Shown: piece after piece, positions 24,615 through 34,488 of the stretch
Position numbering within the stretch: the first letter of the stretch is position 1
How the letters are laid out: each line of letters begins with the position of its first letter
Source: a virus
Reading direction: 5' to 3' (one strand)
Length of the DNA stretch: 64,000 nt
Virus record (IMG/VR): IMGVR_UViG_3300009147_000001
Span: 1 to 64,000 of that record
Program-made: the position numbers and the translations under genes
Notes under the pieces: model-generated
Seen by the model: only the letters and a program-made list of their open reading frames with translations
Database searches by the model: none
What the model was told of the DNA's origin: nothing

Positions 24615-24797
24615 ATGACCAAGAACACATGGACAAAGAGTACATACAGCGCGAATACCGGTGCCTACTGTCTGGAAGTTCGACACAATTCGGACAATTC
24701 GGTCAGTGTACGTGACTCTAAAAATCCAGACGGCGGTCAGCTAGAACTATCTGCTGATAGTTGGTCTGAATTTGTTGAGTTCGCCAAGAATAACTAA
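24615..24797 (+). CDS. DUF397 (BldB-like) protein
   Basis: WTKSTYS....CLEV.....VSVRDSKNPDGGQL.....W.EF. Confidence 0.92.
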   Translation: MTKNTWTKSTYSANTGAYCLEVRHNSDNSVSVRDSKNPDGGQLELSADSWSEFVEFAKNN

Positions 24798-24891
24798 ATA
24801 CACGTAGTGGGGAAGACCTCGTGATCAGACGTGGACTCAATCGTGGCGGGGTTAAGACGGTATGAGGGTTAGGCCGTCGAGTCAGCATTCG

Positions 24892-24965
24892 GCTCCCATA
24901 GCTCAACCTGGCAGAGCACCGTCCTTTTAAGTCGTAGGTTGTAGGTTCAAATCCTACTGGGAGCA
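24892..24965 (+). tRNA. tRNA-Lys(TTT), weak anticodon stem
   Basis: GCTCCCA/TGGGAGC, CCGTC-CTTTTAA-GTCGT (two mismatches). Confidence 0.85.
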
Positions 24966-25645
24966 CGTGGTAATACTTACCTGTGAAGAATGCGGTTACC
25001 ATCGAAGTTCCGAGCAAGATGGTAGACAGTTCGTAGAAATATGTGTTCAATGTAATCAACACATTGATGATTGCTTCGGTCATGAAGCAACTAACTTTTT
25101 TCTTGCCTGTGACTCCTGTGCAAAGATGCGGCAATGAATAAGAAAAAACACAAACACTCTCATTGTATTCCCGAGGTTTGTGTACCATACTTGCGCAGTG
25201 TAGGATACACAGACATAAAAGACAACGAGTGTTGCATCTGTTATTTTCAGAGTAAGATCGATTGGTCAACTGCGGTAGCTATACCGCCCTGGCGGCCCGC
25301 TCGTGCCGATAAGCGAGAATCTGATGAGTGAGGAACACATCCACGAGCACGACATTCAATTTAAGAGACTAGATTTTTCCCAATTTCATGCCACTAGCGA
25401 TCACTGGCCCTTTACTAAATGGTGTCGGACCTTCTATCCGTTTGGATGGAAGTCCGGCTTTCATCATATGAGTCTGGCCTGGGAATTCCATCGCCGTGAA
25501 CAAGCACTCACTCCATTATATTGGATCCTATGTCGGATCAACCGACACGCTTGGCAAACCTGTTACATAATAGGAACGGAAGACTATGAGACCAGGTGCA
25601 TCTATTGTCGAGCAGAACGGGAGACAAAACCAGAAGAGAGATTCT

Positions 25646-26170
25646 ATGCTCCCCGTTAACAAACTAGGTTGGATGGCTGGGGTTATCGATACCAAAGCGA
25701 GAATTCAACATATAAACAACAAAACACGCGCTACGAGTCAAATTAGAATATATGTCCGCACGATGAATCATAATGTAGTACAGGAATTGTGTTCACTAAC
25801 TGGTATTCGTCCACGCTATGAAGAACGAAGATCATCAAAAGAGTGGATGCGCCGCGCTTGTAGTCAACATTGCCCAGAAGCACATGTGCACATAAGTGTT
25901 GGCTATGAGGGGTATATGCCGGCAATGGCGGAATGGATGATTAGTGGTGCGGCACTGGCAGTAGTCATCTACAACATAATGCCATTCCTTACCGATGCGA
26001 GCAAGTATCTTCCTTTAATTGAAGAACTATTTGCAAACGCTGTCCTTACTGGTCAAGGTCGAGGAATGACAGTATCATCCATTCGCCGACTTCATAACAT
26101 GGGTTGGGAGATTCCAGTACCTCTTCGCTCAGCTCTAGAGGACATTAATAATGAATCACCAGATGAGTGA
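25646..26170 (+). CDS. Degenerate LAGLIDADG-like protein
   Basis: KLGWMAGVIDTKA helix lacking the terminal acidic-Gly; CSQHCPEAHVH insert. Confidence 0.55.
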   Translation: MLPVNKLGWMAGVIDTKARIQHINNKTRATSQIRIYVRTMNHNVVQELCSLTGIRPRYEERRSSKEWMRRACSQHCPEAHVHISVGYEGYMPAMAEWMISGAALAVVIYNIMPFLTDASKYLPLIEELFANAVLTGQGRGMTVSSIRRLHNMGWEIPVPLRSALEDINNESPDE

Positions 26171-26983
26171 AGAACTGGCATACATGAAAAAGTATGGCCG
26201 GTTTCCGCCAGGATCAGATATACTTGGATTATGGTTTAGCTCAGCGCTCATCGGTAAAAGAGAATATTACTATATTGACAAAGATGGTAATGAAATCGTT
26301 AATGGTGGAATAAAAGTTCCGGGCAGTTATTCAATTGGCTATCGTGGGGATAATGTCGATAACCCACTGACCGAATGTGTACAAGAAATTAAACTGCATT
26401 GGGATCAATGGGTTGCCTGCTACATTACCTGCGATCACGGTAGATTTAAGGGAGTATCAGACTTTCTTAACTTTACTGAATCAATCGTGCGAGCCGTTAT
26501 TGAATTTAACGAAATAGAACACCCTGGCCCACATGGAGAAAACGGATGACTGAACAGGACAACGAAGAGGTTGTGGTGACCAGGACTATCACCTGGTCAT
26601 ACAAGCTTCCAGTGCCGATGTACGGTGATGAGACCACGGCATTGGAGGAAGAAAGACAGTGGGATCTTAGAGATCATATTATAGCTCTCAGTGTACGACC
26701 AGAAGATAAGGTCGTAACTTCCGTTGAGTTTCGACGGGAGAAGAGTGGCATCATCGTAGATTGATAGGACTATTAATGAGTGGTGGTCGTGAGATAGCCG
26801 TATTGGAGGCTTTGCGAAAGCTAATAGAAGCTGAAGATAGCGTCGTGGAAGCCCGCATGTACGCGGGTAAAATGTTGAATGAACCAGATAGTCCACTCAC
26901 CCCCACTCAACTAGCCGAAATTACTGGAATGACACGCTCGAAAATCTATTGGTTAAAGAAGATAGGCGAACAAAGGGAGAACA

Positions 26984-27835
26984 ATGCATACTGAGATTGA
27001 GGTCATTAATGCCGCCCGAGCGAAGGAATATCTTGAGCGCAACCCGTCCTTCACCTACGGGGCAGGCGACACGAATCGACCAATCAGTATCAGTGTAGTT
27101 AACAACTATGCCGCAGCAATGCTCAGAGGTGAATGGCGACTGACCCACCAGGGTCTTGCCTTCACGTCCAGTGGTCGCCTGCTTGATGGTCAGCACCGTC
27201 TTCAGGCGATTATCCAAGCAGCCGAGACAGGTGCCAACGGTCTACCACCCAAGGAAGATCTCGCTATCGAGTTCAGTGTTACTCGTGACGTGGACCAGGA
27301 TGTCTTCGATGTATTGGACATACATCGCATACGCGGAGCAAATCAGATTCTCGCCATGAGTGGCATGACCAATACCACGGTACTGGCAGCTTCAGCTCGA
27401 CTGCTGTATCTGTACGATAATCACCCATTCAAGCAGTGGAATAAGATTAAGGTCAGCAATCATCAAATCAACGAATTAGTTCACCATAACGAACTGGTAC
27501 AGTTCATGGGTACAGCCTCAGCCCTACGCCCCATTGGTCTGATGATGTCTGCGGGATTGGTAGGACTGTTCGTTACCTACCGAGCCTACCCCGAAGGCCC
27601 ACACGAGCAGTTCCAGGAGGCACTGCGCCATGGTGTCGGTCTTGAAGTAAATGACCCCAGACTGGTGCTACGTAACTACCTGATCAGATCGAAGTCGATC
27701 GCGGGGTATCGCCGTGATTCCTTTGCTCATCTTGCCATTTTCATAAAGACATGGAACGATTACGTGCTTGGCCGCAAGCGCAATGCTATTTCGTTCCGTT
27801 CTGGTGAGGAGATGCCGAGGCCAGTAACGAAATGA
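26984..27835 (+). CDS. ParB/Srx-like domain protein
   Basis: NRPIS...Y...M..GEW....GL.F...GRLLDGQHRLQAI. Confidence 0.8.
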   Translation: MHTEIEVINAARAKEYLERNPSFTYGAGDTNRPISISVVNNYAAAMLRGEWRLTHQGLAFTSSGRLLDGQHRLQAIIQAAETGANGLPPKEDLAIEFSVTRDVDQDVFDVLDIHRIRGANQILAMSGMTNTTVLAASARLLYLYDNHPFKQWNKIKVSNHQINELVHHNELVQFMGTASALRPIGLMMSAGLVGLFVTYRAYPEGPHEQFQEALRHGVGLEVNDPRLVLRNYLIRSKSIAGYRRDSFAHLAIFIKTWNDYVLGRKRNAISFRSGEEMPRPVTK

Positions 27836-28314
27836 CCGAAGATCAGCGACCGAAAATTAGGTCAGTCATCTACCAATATTCGGTAGACTTATACGATCAA
27901 CTCGTCAATAAAGCAAAATATGTAGAGCCAGCAGAGCTGGCTCGATACGGTTGGTCAGACACTAGCGAGTTGGTGTTGGTCTACTATGGTAATGTCGCCA
28001 CGGTGGCTGATCAACTCGGACTCTCGCGAAATATTAGAACAAAAGCTGCATCGTTACTAGCCGCAATGAAGTGTATTATCAAACTACAGGGCGGTGGCGG
28101 ACACAGTACAAGTGTTTACGCATTGTTACGTCCACCAACCGAAGAAAGGTATCTCACATACCGCGCTTCTCTCTCAACGATAACCGCTAGTTTACATCCC
28201 ACTGAAAGACAACTGATAATTCGTGACTTACGAGAATTACAGCGCCGAGTGGGTAGAATAGAACAACTACTCGCGGAAGATGAGAAGGGCAGGCCGGATG
28301 GACACCACCTTTGA
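27832..28314 (+). CDS. Hypothetical, possible winged-HTH with C-terminal coiled coil
   Basis: ATVADQLGLSRN helix pair; overlapping start/stop with neighbours. Confidence 0.5.
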   Translation: MTEDQRPKIRSVIYQYSVDLYDQLVNKAKYVEPAELARYGWSDTSELVLVYYGNVATVADQLGLSRNIRTKAASLLAAMKCIIKLQGGGGHSTSVYALLRPPTEERYLTYRASLSTITASLHPTERQLIIRDLRELQRRVGRIEQLLAEDEKGRPDGHHL

Positions 28315-28603
28315 GCACGCTCGACGGTGTCCGCGTTGTGAATCCCCGGGTGTGGAAGGTGCTTCCCGCCCGGGGCCACATCGTAGCGTAATGCATACAT
28401 TCCACTGTCACAATGAGCGATGTCGTTGGTACACCACATCTTGGGTGGTACAAGTCAATGCAGATGGTAGTATTCCACCACCGGATGCATATCGACCTAA
28501 ACAATTTCCTGTACTACCAGATCAAACTGATGCAGTGAACGCACAAATGCAAAGACTCCTCCAAGACACCGCCAAGAAGGGCAGTGAGATTCGTGGGAGG
28601 TGA
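28298..28603 (+). CDS. Zn-ribbon hypothetical protein
   Basis: RCPRC...CHNERC. Confidence 0.6.
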   Translation: MDTTFEHARRCPRCESPGVEGASRPGPHRSVMHTFHCHNERCRWYTTSWVVQVNADGSIPPPDAYRPKQFPVLPDQTDAVNAQMQRLLQDTAKKGSEIRGR

Positions 28604-28608
28604 TGCAA

Positions 28609-30033
28609 ATGTCGTCCCTTAGTCTCTTTCCCTTTCAACGTGAGACTGTCGATAAGTTCCACAATGTACATAATGTTCTTATCGGGGACGACATGTAGCT
28701 GGGTTTAGGTAAAACTGCTCAGGCCATTGCACTTGACCAAACCAGGCGAAGTAATACAGGAGTCTATCATTGTCAAACCTTAGTGGTAACTCCACTGACT
28801 ATGGTAGATACGTGGGCGCGCGAGTATAATCAGTGGGCGCCGGACCTTCGGGTTATGGTAATTAACAACAAAAACCGACAACCATTCCTGGATGCCATTA
28901 CCAATCGCACCCATGATGTGTATATATGTCACTGGCCTGTTCTTCGACTCATGCCAGAACTATCTGAGCAAATGTGGTTCCATTTCATTGCTGACGAATG
29001 TCATGCACTGCAAAATAGAAAAGCAAAACAGACGCTTGCCGCGAAAAAGATTAAGGCTTACTACAAAACTGGACTTTCTGGCACACCAGCTTTTGACAAA
29101 CCTGACGATCTCTGGTCGATCCTCAATTGGCTGTATCCTAAGCATTGGTCCTCATACTGGCGATATTTCGACAGGCATGTATTATGGGTGGACTACAACG
29201 GATACAAACAAATCATTGGTATTGCGAATAAAGAAGAACTTCATAGTCAAATGTCTGGGTTCTATATTCGGCGGCGTAAGGAGCACGTGTTAAAAGAGCT
29301 ACCAGATAAGTACTACACCGACATTGAAGTGGATCTGAGCCCACAGCAGGCACGGGCCTATGAATCTATGCGTCGTGACATGATTGCTTGGGTGGGCGAA
29401 CACGAACATGAAGCAGTGGCCACCTCAGAAGTCATTGCTCAACTCGTCCGATTGCAGCAATTTGCATGCGCCTATGGCGAAATGGTGGAAACGAAGATAC
29501 GTAGTCGAGACACGGGCGAAGAGACGACTGTTCAAAAACTTAAACTCACCGAGCCGTCAACCAAGATCGATGCTGTTATTGAGATTATTCGCAACAATCC
29601 ACCCAACAAGCAATTTGTTATTTTCTCGCAGTTCTCCCAAGTTATCAAAATTCTAGAAAAACGACTGGCCGACGCAGGCATCAGTTACGGTATATACATT
29701 GGTGAAACTCCCGCAGACGAGCGTAGCCGCATCATTGATGACTTTCAAAATGGACTAATACAAATCTTTGCTAGTACAATCTCTGCCGGCGGCGTTGGCA
29801 TTACCCTGACCGCATCAGACACTGCAATATTCATTGATCGATCATGGTCGCCAAGTATTAATCGTCAAGCCGAAGATCGACTTCATAGAATAACCCAAAA
29901 GAACGCTGTTCATGTTATTGACATTCTGGCCAAGCAGACAATTGACGCTAAGCGTATTCAACAGATTTTGCAAAAATGGTCCTGGATTCGTCAGCTCATC
30001 GGTGATGACCGAGATAATTGGGTGGTTGATTAA
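28609..30033 (+). CDS. SNF2-family helicase with in-frame TAG at 28696-28698
   Basis: RBS GGAGG; LFPFQ (Q motif), GDDM*LGLGKT (motif I), DECH, SGTP, GVGITLT, QAEDRLHR. Confidence 0.9.
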
Positions 30034-31532
30034 ATGGGTCAGCAAATTATTCGTCAACCCAACGGAAAGTACGCAGTATTCTCATCCGGTACGGATACCA
30101 TTATCGTTTACGATGCTACTGCTGAAGAGATCATCGACTATTTTGTTAATCGTGCCGTTGAAGACACGCGACTCAGTGTGCAATCTACATTAGATAAGAT
30201 AGCCAACGGGGAACGCCCATACTATCAGTTCACGATGACGTGGGAAACGGCATTGGAGTTAGACCGTGCACACGGCGGCACCGCCTGGAGATCGATAGAG
30301 CAGTCGGTACAATGGGATTAGACGAACATCCCGACTATCGAGTATTGCTGAAAACACTGTTCCTACGAGGTAAATACCGCGAAAAAGGCATTGAATTAAA
30401 TTGGACAGAAGCTTCACGAATGGCAGTCGAGGAGTTAGCAAAAGTGAACAACATTCCCACCGAGACGTTATCTGATCTTACTATCATAGAACGCCTTCAG
30501 CAACGGCAAGAGGATCTTATCAGAACCATCAAAAGTGCAGAATCCGGACTATACAAAAGTGAGCTACTGGCTCGACTGGACGAGGTGGAGTCTATTATAG
30601 ATTGGTTAACCGCGTAAATGAATTGGGAAAGCGGTTGGCCTGCGCTCGTTAAACAAATAGATTATTCTTACATACTTCTCGAATTGGAGTGTGGTGATCG
30701 TGTGACAGAAGCTTTTGATAATCCACTCCAGTTATTTCAGCAACTACTAGAGCTTGAGTGGTATCAATTAGTTACGTGTATTAGCTGTCAAGATCTTACC
30801 GAGACGCCAATCTTCATTGAAATGTTAAAATCTTACTTCGGTAAATCCTTCCTCGAAGTTATCGAGTGGTATCACCAGCGACAGCATCGACTGTGGACTC
30901 AAACCAAAGGAGTGTGAACGTTTCAATGATCACTGATGAAGGTTGGCTAGAGTTTATTGGCAACTTCTTCGGCGTGGACATTGAATGGATCAGTCATGTT
31001 ATGGCTAATTGGAATCATCTCAAACAAGAATCTGGATGCGGCTGCTATTTTGTAGAAAATGATCCAAGACTTGCGCATGATAGTGTCGACCCAGATGCCA
31101 ATTATTGTACCGGTTGGCTGCGAATAAAGGTATTCCGTGAACAAGCTACCGCTTAGTATCGCCACCCACTTACTGGCCATTGCCGTGGGAATGGCCATTG
31201 CAGTTGCGACGTACACCATCACGGCGAAAGTGAAACATTACTGTGATGCCGAGAATATGGTCTACCTTTATCAAGGCAACATTGCGGTGGTAGCCTATGA
31301 CCCTCGGTGTGTTGACATCGATGTACCTAGCTGGGATGGATAATGCACCCACATGATGACCTATCGAGATATTCCGAGATTGACATAGCGTCTACCAAAA
31401 GGTTGTACCTGTTCACGACAGGTAAGACTGAAGAGGACTGGTCCACGTTGACGGAGGTAGAGAAGGCCAGATTGGTATATTTTGCCCTGGAAGTTGGTCG
31501 GCAAATTCTAGAACATAACAAGACGGAGTAAT

Positions 31533-33686
31533 ATGATGGACGTCCAGGACTATATTGACAAGAAATTGACGCATCAGATACATACGTCTGAACGACGGGC
31601 ATTTCGTAGCTGTCGACGTCGATGGGACTGGACGTATCGAGATATGTGGTATCCAAAAGTCACCCCTGAACCATTGGAGTTCGGGGTGGCTTTCCACAAA
31701 GCCATGGAATACATGTACGCGCCAGAGAACTGGCATGACAAGTTCACGGCCAAAAATCTCGCCATTGTGGCTTTTCGTCGCGAGACTGAGCGTCAGCTCA
31801 AGGACTTTATTAGACTAAACGGTGAGCCCGAGGCTGACGTGCTACAAAATCGCCGAGATCGCATCGAACTCGGCATCAACATGATCCGCTATTATGCCGA
31901 AGACGTGGCCTCCATAGAAGATCGGAACTTTACTCCATTAATGGTAGAAGTAGGATTTGAAGTTCCCATAGAAGACCATAACACTGGTGAGCAGCTCTGG
32001 TGTACGTGTAACCAATGTTATGCCAGGTTCGAATCGCAAAAAGTCGTTTCTAACATGTGGCGTGGACTACCAGTAACATATGGTGGTCGCATTGACATGA
32101 TAGCTAAAGACCAGATTGGGAGAGTATGGTGCTATGACTGGAAGACAACTTCCCGAATTCTTGATGAAGATGCGGAATCATCATTCTTACAGCTCGATGA
32201 TCAGATCACTTGTGTTCCAATGAACACTGAGGCATTGACTCCAACTGGATGGAAGAGAAGATCTGAACTAGAAGTAGGAGAACTCGTACTTGCATATGAT
32301 CAAAAATCAAAATCGAATAAATGGACGCCCATTCTTGCGTTCCACGATTTTGATAATGCAGAGCTATTTCAACTAAGTGACAAGACTAAATCATTCTGTG
32401 CAATTACTACTGCCAACCATAGGTGGATGGGGGAGAGACCATCGTCACATGGTAAATATGCAAAAATTATCGACTGGGAACCCGATACACAAAAGATAGA
32501 TGAATATAACAGTAAAGCCGCCATCTATGTTAGTGCCAACAGTGAAGTAGACGGATCACTTCCAATAACACCAGATGAGGCAGCACTAATCGCATGGATT
32601 ATTACCGATGGATCTCTCACCATAAGGGGAAATTCATACCAGGCTGCTATCGCTCAGGCAAATCATAAATATGCCAATGAAATACAAGCACTAATTGATA
32701 GAATAGGAATTAAGCACTCAGTGCGAGAGTATCCTGGATCGAACTTATCAAATAGACCGTACTTCAAGTGGTACCTCTCCCAGCCATACATTTCTGATCT
32801 GTGGGATCGAGCTGGTATCATGGGTAGACATGGCAACTTGGATGAATTCGTTCTAGGATTGTCAGCTAAGTCCAGAACAAGTTTTGTTGAAGCTGGAATG
32901 AAGGCAGAAGGATCACTTAGAAAAAACGGTAGTGGAACATTCTGTCAAAATGATGGTGAAGTAAAGGAAGCCTTTAGACTAGCAATGTTCCTGGAGGGTC
33001 GACGTCTAAGTATAGGAGGTCCCAAATACTTTGGGGTTCGCGTAGGTCGACCAGTCGCGGACGTGCGTACACTTAACACCACTAAAGTGGAGGGCAAACA
33101 TCGTGTATGGTGTATTTCCACCAAATATAACTCCTGGGTTATGCGTCAGGGTAAACAAATTACCATCACGGGCAACTCTTATTGCTGGGCTCTCTGGCAG
33201 CTTGGCTATGACATTGCTGGGTTTGTATATGTGGAAATTAAGAAAACGTACCCAAAGCCACCAGAACGACTCAGTCGACCATACAAAGGACGACTCTTCA
33301 GTACCAACAAACAACATCTGACTGATTACCGAAACTTTGTCGACACAGTGGCAGTTCAGGACGGACAAGGCTTCCAGACTGGACTCTACGACGAGTACAT
33401 TGATTGGCTCAAAACCGAAGGGCCACGCTTTACTCAACGCCATGAGATTGCGCGCAATCATCATGAGCTAGTAAATGCTGGTCGTAACATCGCCCTAGAG
33501 GCCATGGATATGACGCAAAACCCCCGGATCTACCCACAGCCAGGGCGGTTTTCGTGTCCAACCTGCCTGTTCCGACAGCCATGTCTAGGAATGAACATGA
33601 ATGAGGATGTCCAATATCTACTGGATACCTTGTTTGAGAAGCGAACACATCACTACTGGGAGGACAAACCAGTAAGCACTGATTAG
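31533..33686 (+). CDS. PD-(D/E)XK (Cas4/RecB-like) exonuclease with intein
   Basis: SCRRRW, GVAFHKAME, GRIDMI..DWKT, C-terminal CPTCLFRQPC. Confidence 0.9.
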   Translation: MMDVQDYIDKKLTHQIHTSERRAFRSCRRRWDWTYRDMWYPKVTPEPLEFGVAFHKAMEYMYAPENWHDKFTAKNLAIVAFRRETERQLKDFIRLNGEPEADVLQNRRDRIELGINMIRYYAEDVASIEDRNFTPLMVEVGFEVPIEDHNTGEQLWCTCNQCYARFESQKVVSNMWRGLPVTYGGRIDMIAKDQIGRVWCYDWKTTSRILDEDAESSFLQLDDQITCVPMNTEALTPTGWKRRSELEVGELVLAYDQKSKSNKWTPILAFHDFDNAELFQLSDKTKSFCAITTANHRWMGERPSSHGKYAKIIDWEPDTQKIDEYNSKAAIYVSANSEVDGSLPITPDEAALIAWIITDGSLTIRGNSYQAAIAQANHKYANEIQALIDRIGIKHSVREYPGSNLSNRPYFKWYLSQPYISDLWDRAGIMGRHGNLDEFVLGLSAKSRTSFVEAGMKAEGSLRKNGSGTFCQNDGEVKEAFRLAMFLEGRRLSIGGPKYFGVRVGRPVADVRTLNTTKVEGKHRVWCISTKYNSWVMRQGKQITITGNSYCWALWQLGYDIAGFVYVEIKKTYPKPPERLSRPYKGRLFSTNKQHLTDYRNFVDTVAVQDGQGFQTGLYDEYIDWLKTEGPRFTQRHEIARNHHELVNAGRNIALEAMDMTQNPRIYPQPGRFSCPTCLFRQPCLGMNMNEDVQYLLDTLFEKRTHHYWEDKPVSTD
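32211..33176 (+). mobile_element. Intein (322 aa) with LAGLIDADG endonuclease
   Basis: CVPMNTEALTPTGW...TANHRW...LIAWIITDG...VWCIST...ITITGN/S. Confidence 0.93.
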
Positions 33687-34245
33687 TGGCGGAGACTACT
33701 AAAAATGCTATAATAGTCTTGGTCAGCGGATAAGGAGGTATGAGTGTCAAGGACAGGTAATCCATACTATGAAATAGCCCTGGCACTAGAAGGCATAAGG
33801 CAAAAAATCTGCCCATACTCTCTGGACGATGACACTCAGTCTTGTGGCTGTAAATTTGGAATCAACTCATCATCTTCTATGTACAGTGAAGAGAATGGGT
33901 GTCCTGAACTACAGGAAATGATGACCTTCTATCGTCGCTGGGGAGAAGCACTTGAACAACACCAAAATCCAGGTACAAACGTGGCGCATTCCACTACTAC
34001 CAACCGCTAAATGTATTAACTGTCATACGCTAAACGGATTCTATACCGAAAATGCCCACGATATAGGCCGCATACATGCGACGACAACTGGGCATTTAGT
34101 ACTAGTGGAAGAGGTACGCCAGACGTGGTTCTCGACCAAGGACTAGTCTTTGTCTGCAATCCTTGCACAAAAGGCGATCACTGCAATGCACAACCAGGTC
34201 CGGGCACATGGTGTGACTGTCAACACAGAAGGGACGACATCAAGA

Positions 34246-34344
34246 ATGACACAGCCTGATGAGCAGTGGACTGAAGATGAGCCTGAGGAAGATGATTTTG
34301 ACGAAGAGTATGAAGAGAACGAAGAGGACGACTTAGAAGAATAA
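34246..34344 (+). CDS. Very acidic micro-protein
   Basis: MTQPDEQWTEDEPEEDDFDEEYEENEEDDLEE, 20 of 32 residues D/E. Confidence 0.5.
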   Translation: MTQPDEQWTEDEPEEDDFDEEYEENEEDDLEE

Positions 34345-34488
34345 CACTCATAGATACATCTCGATCAATTAGAGCAGTTGCGCTGGGCAGACAGCGATGC
34401 TAGACTGAAGTTCACTTCCCTTTCACAACCAAGTTTGGTTATTATTCGAATAAAAATTCGGACAAATTGGTACAAAGAGGGTGAATCA

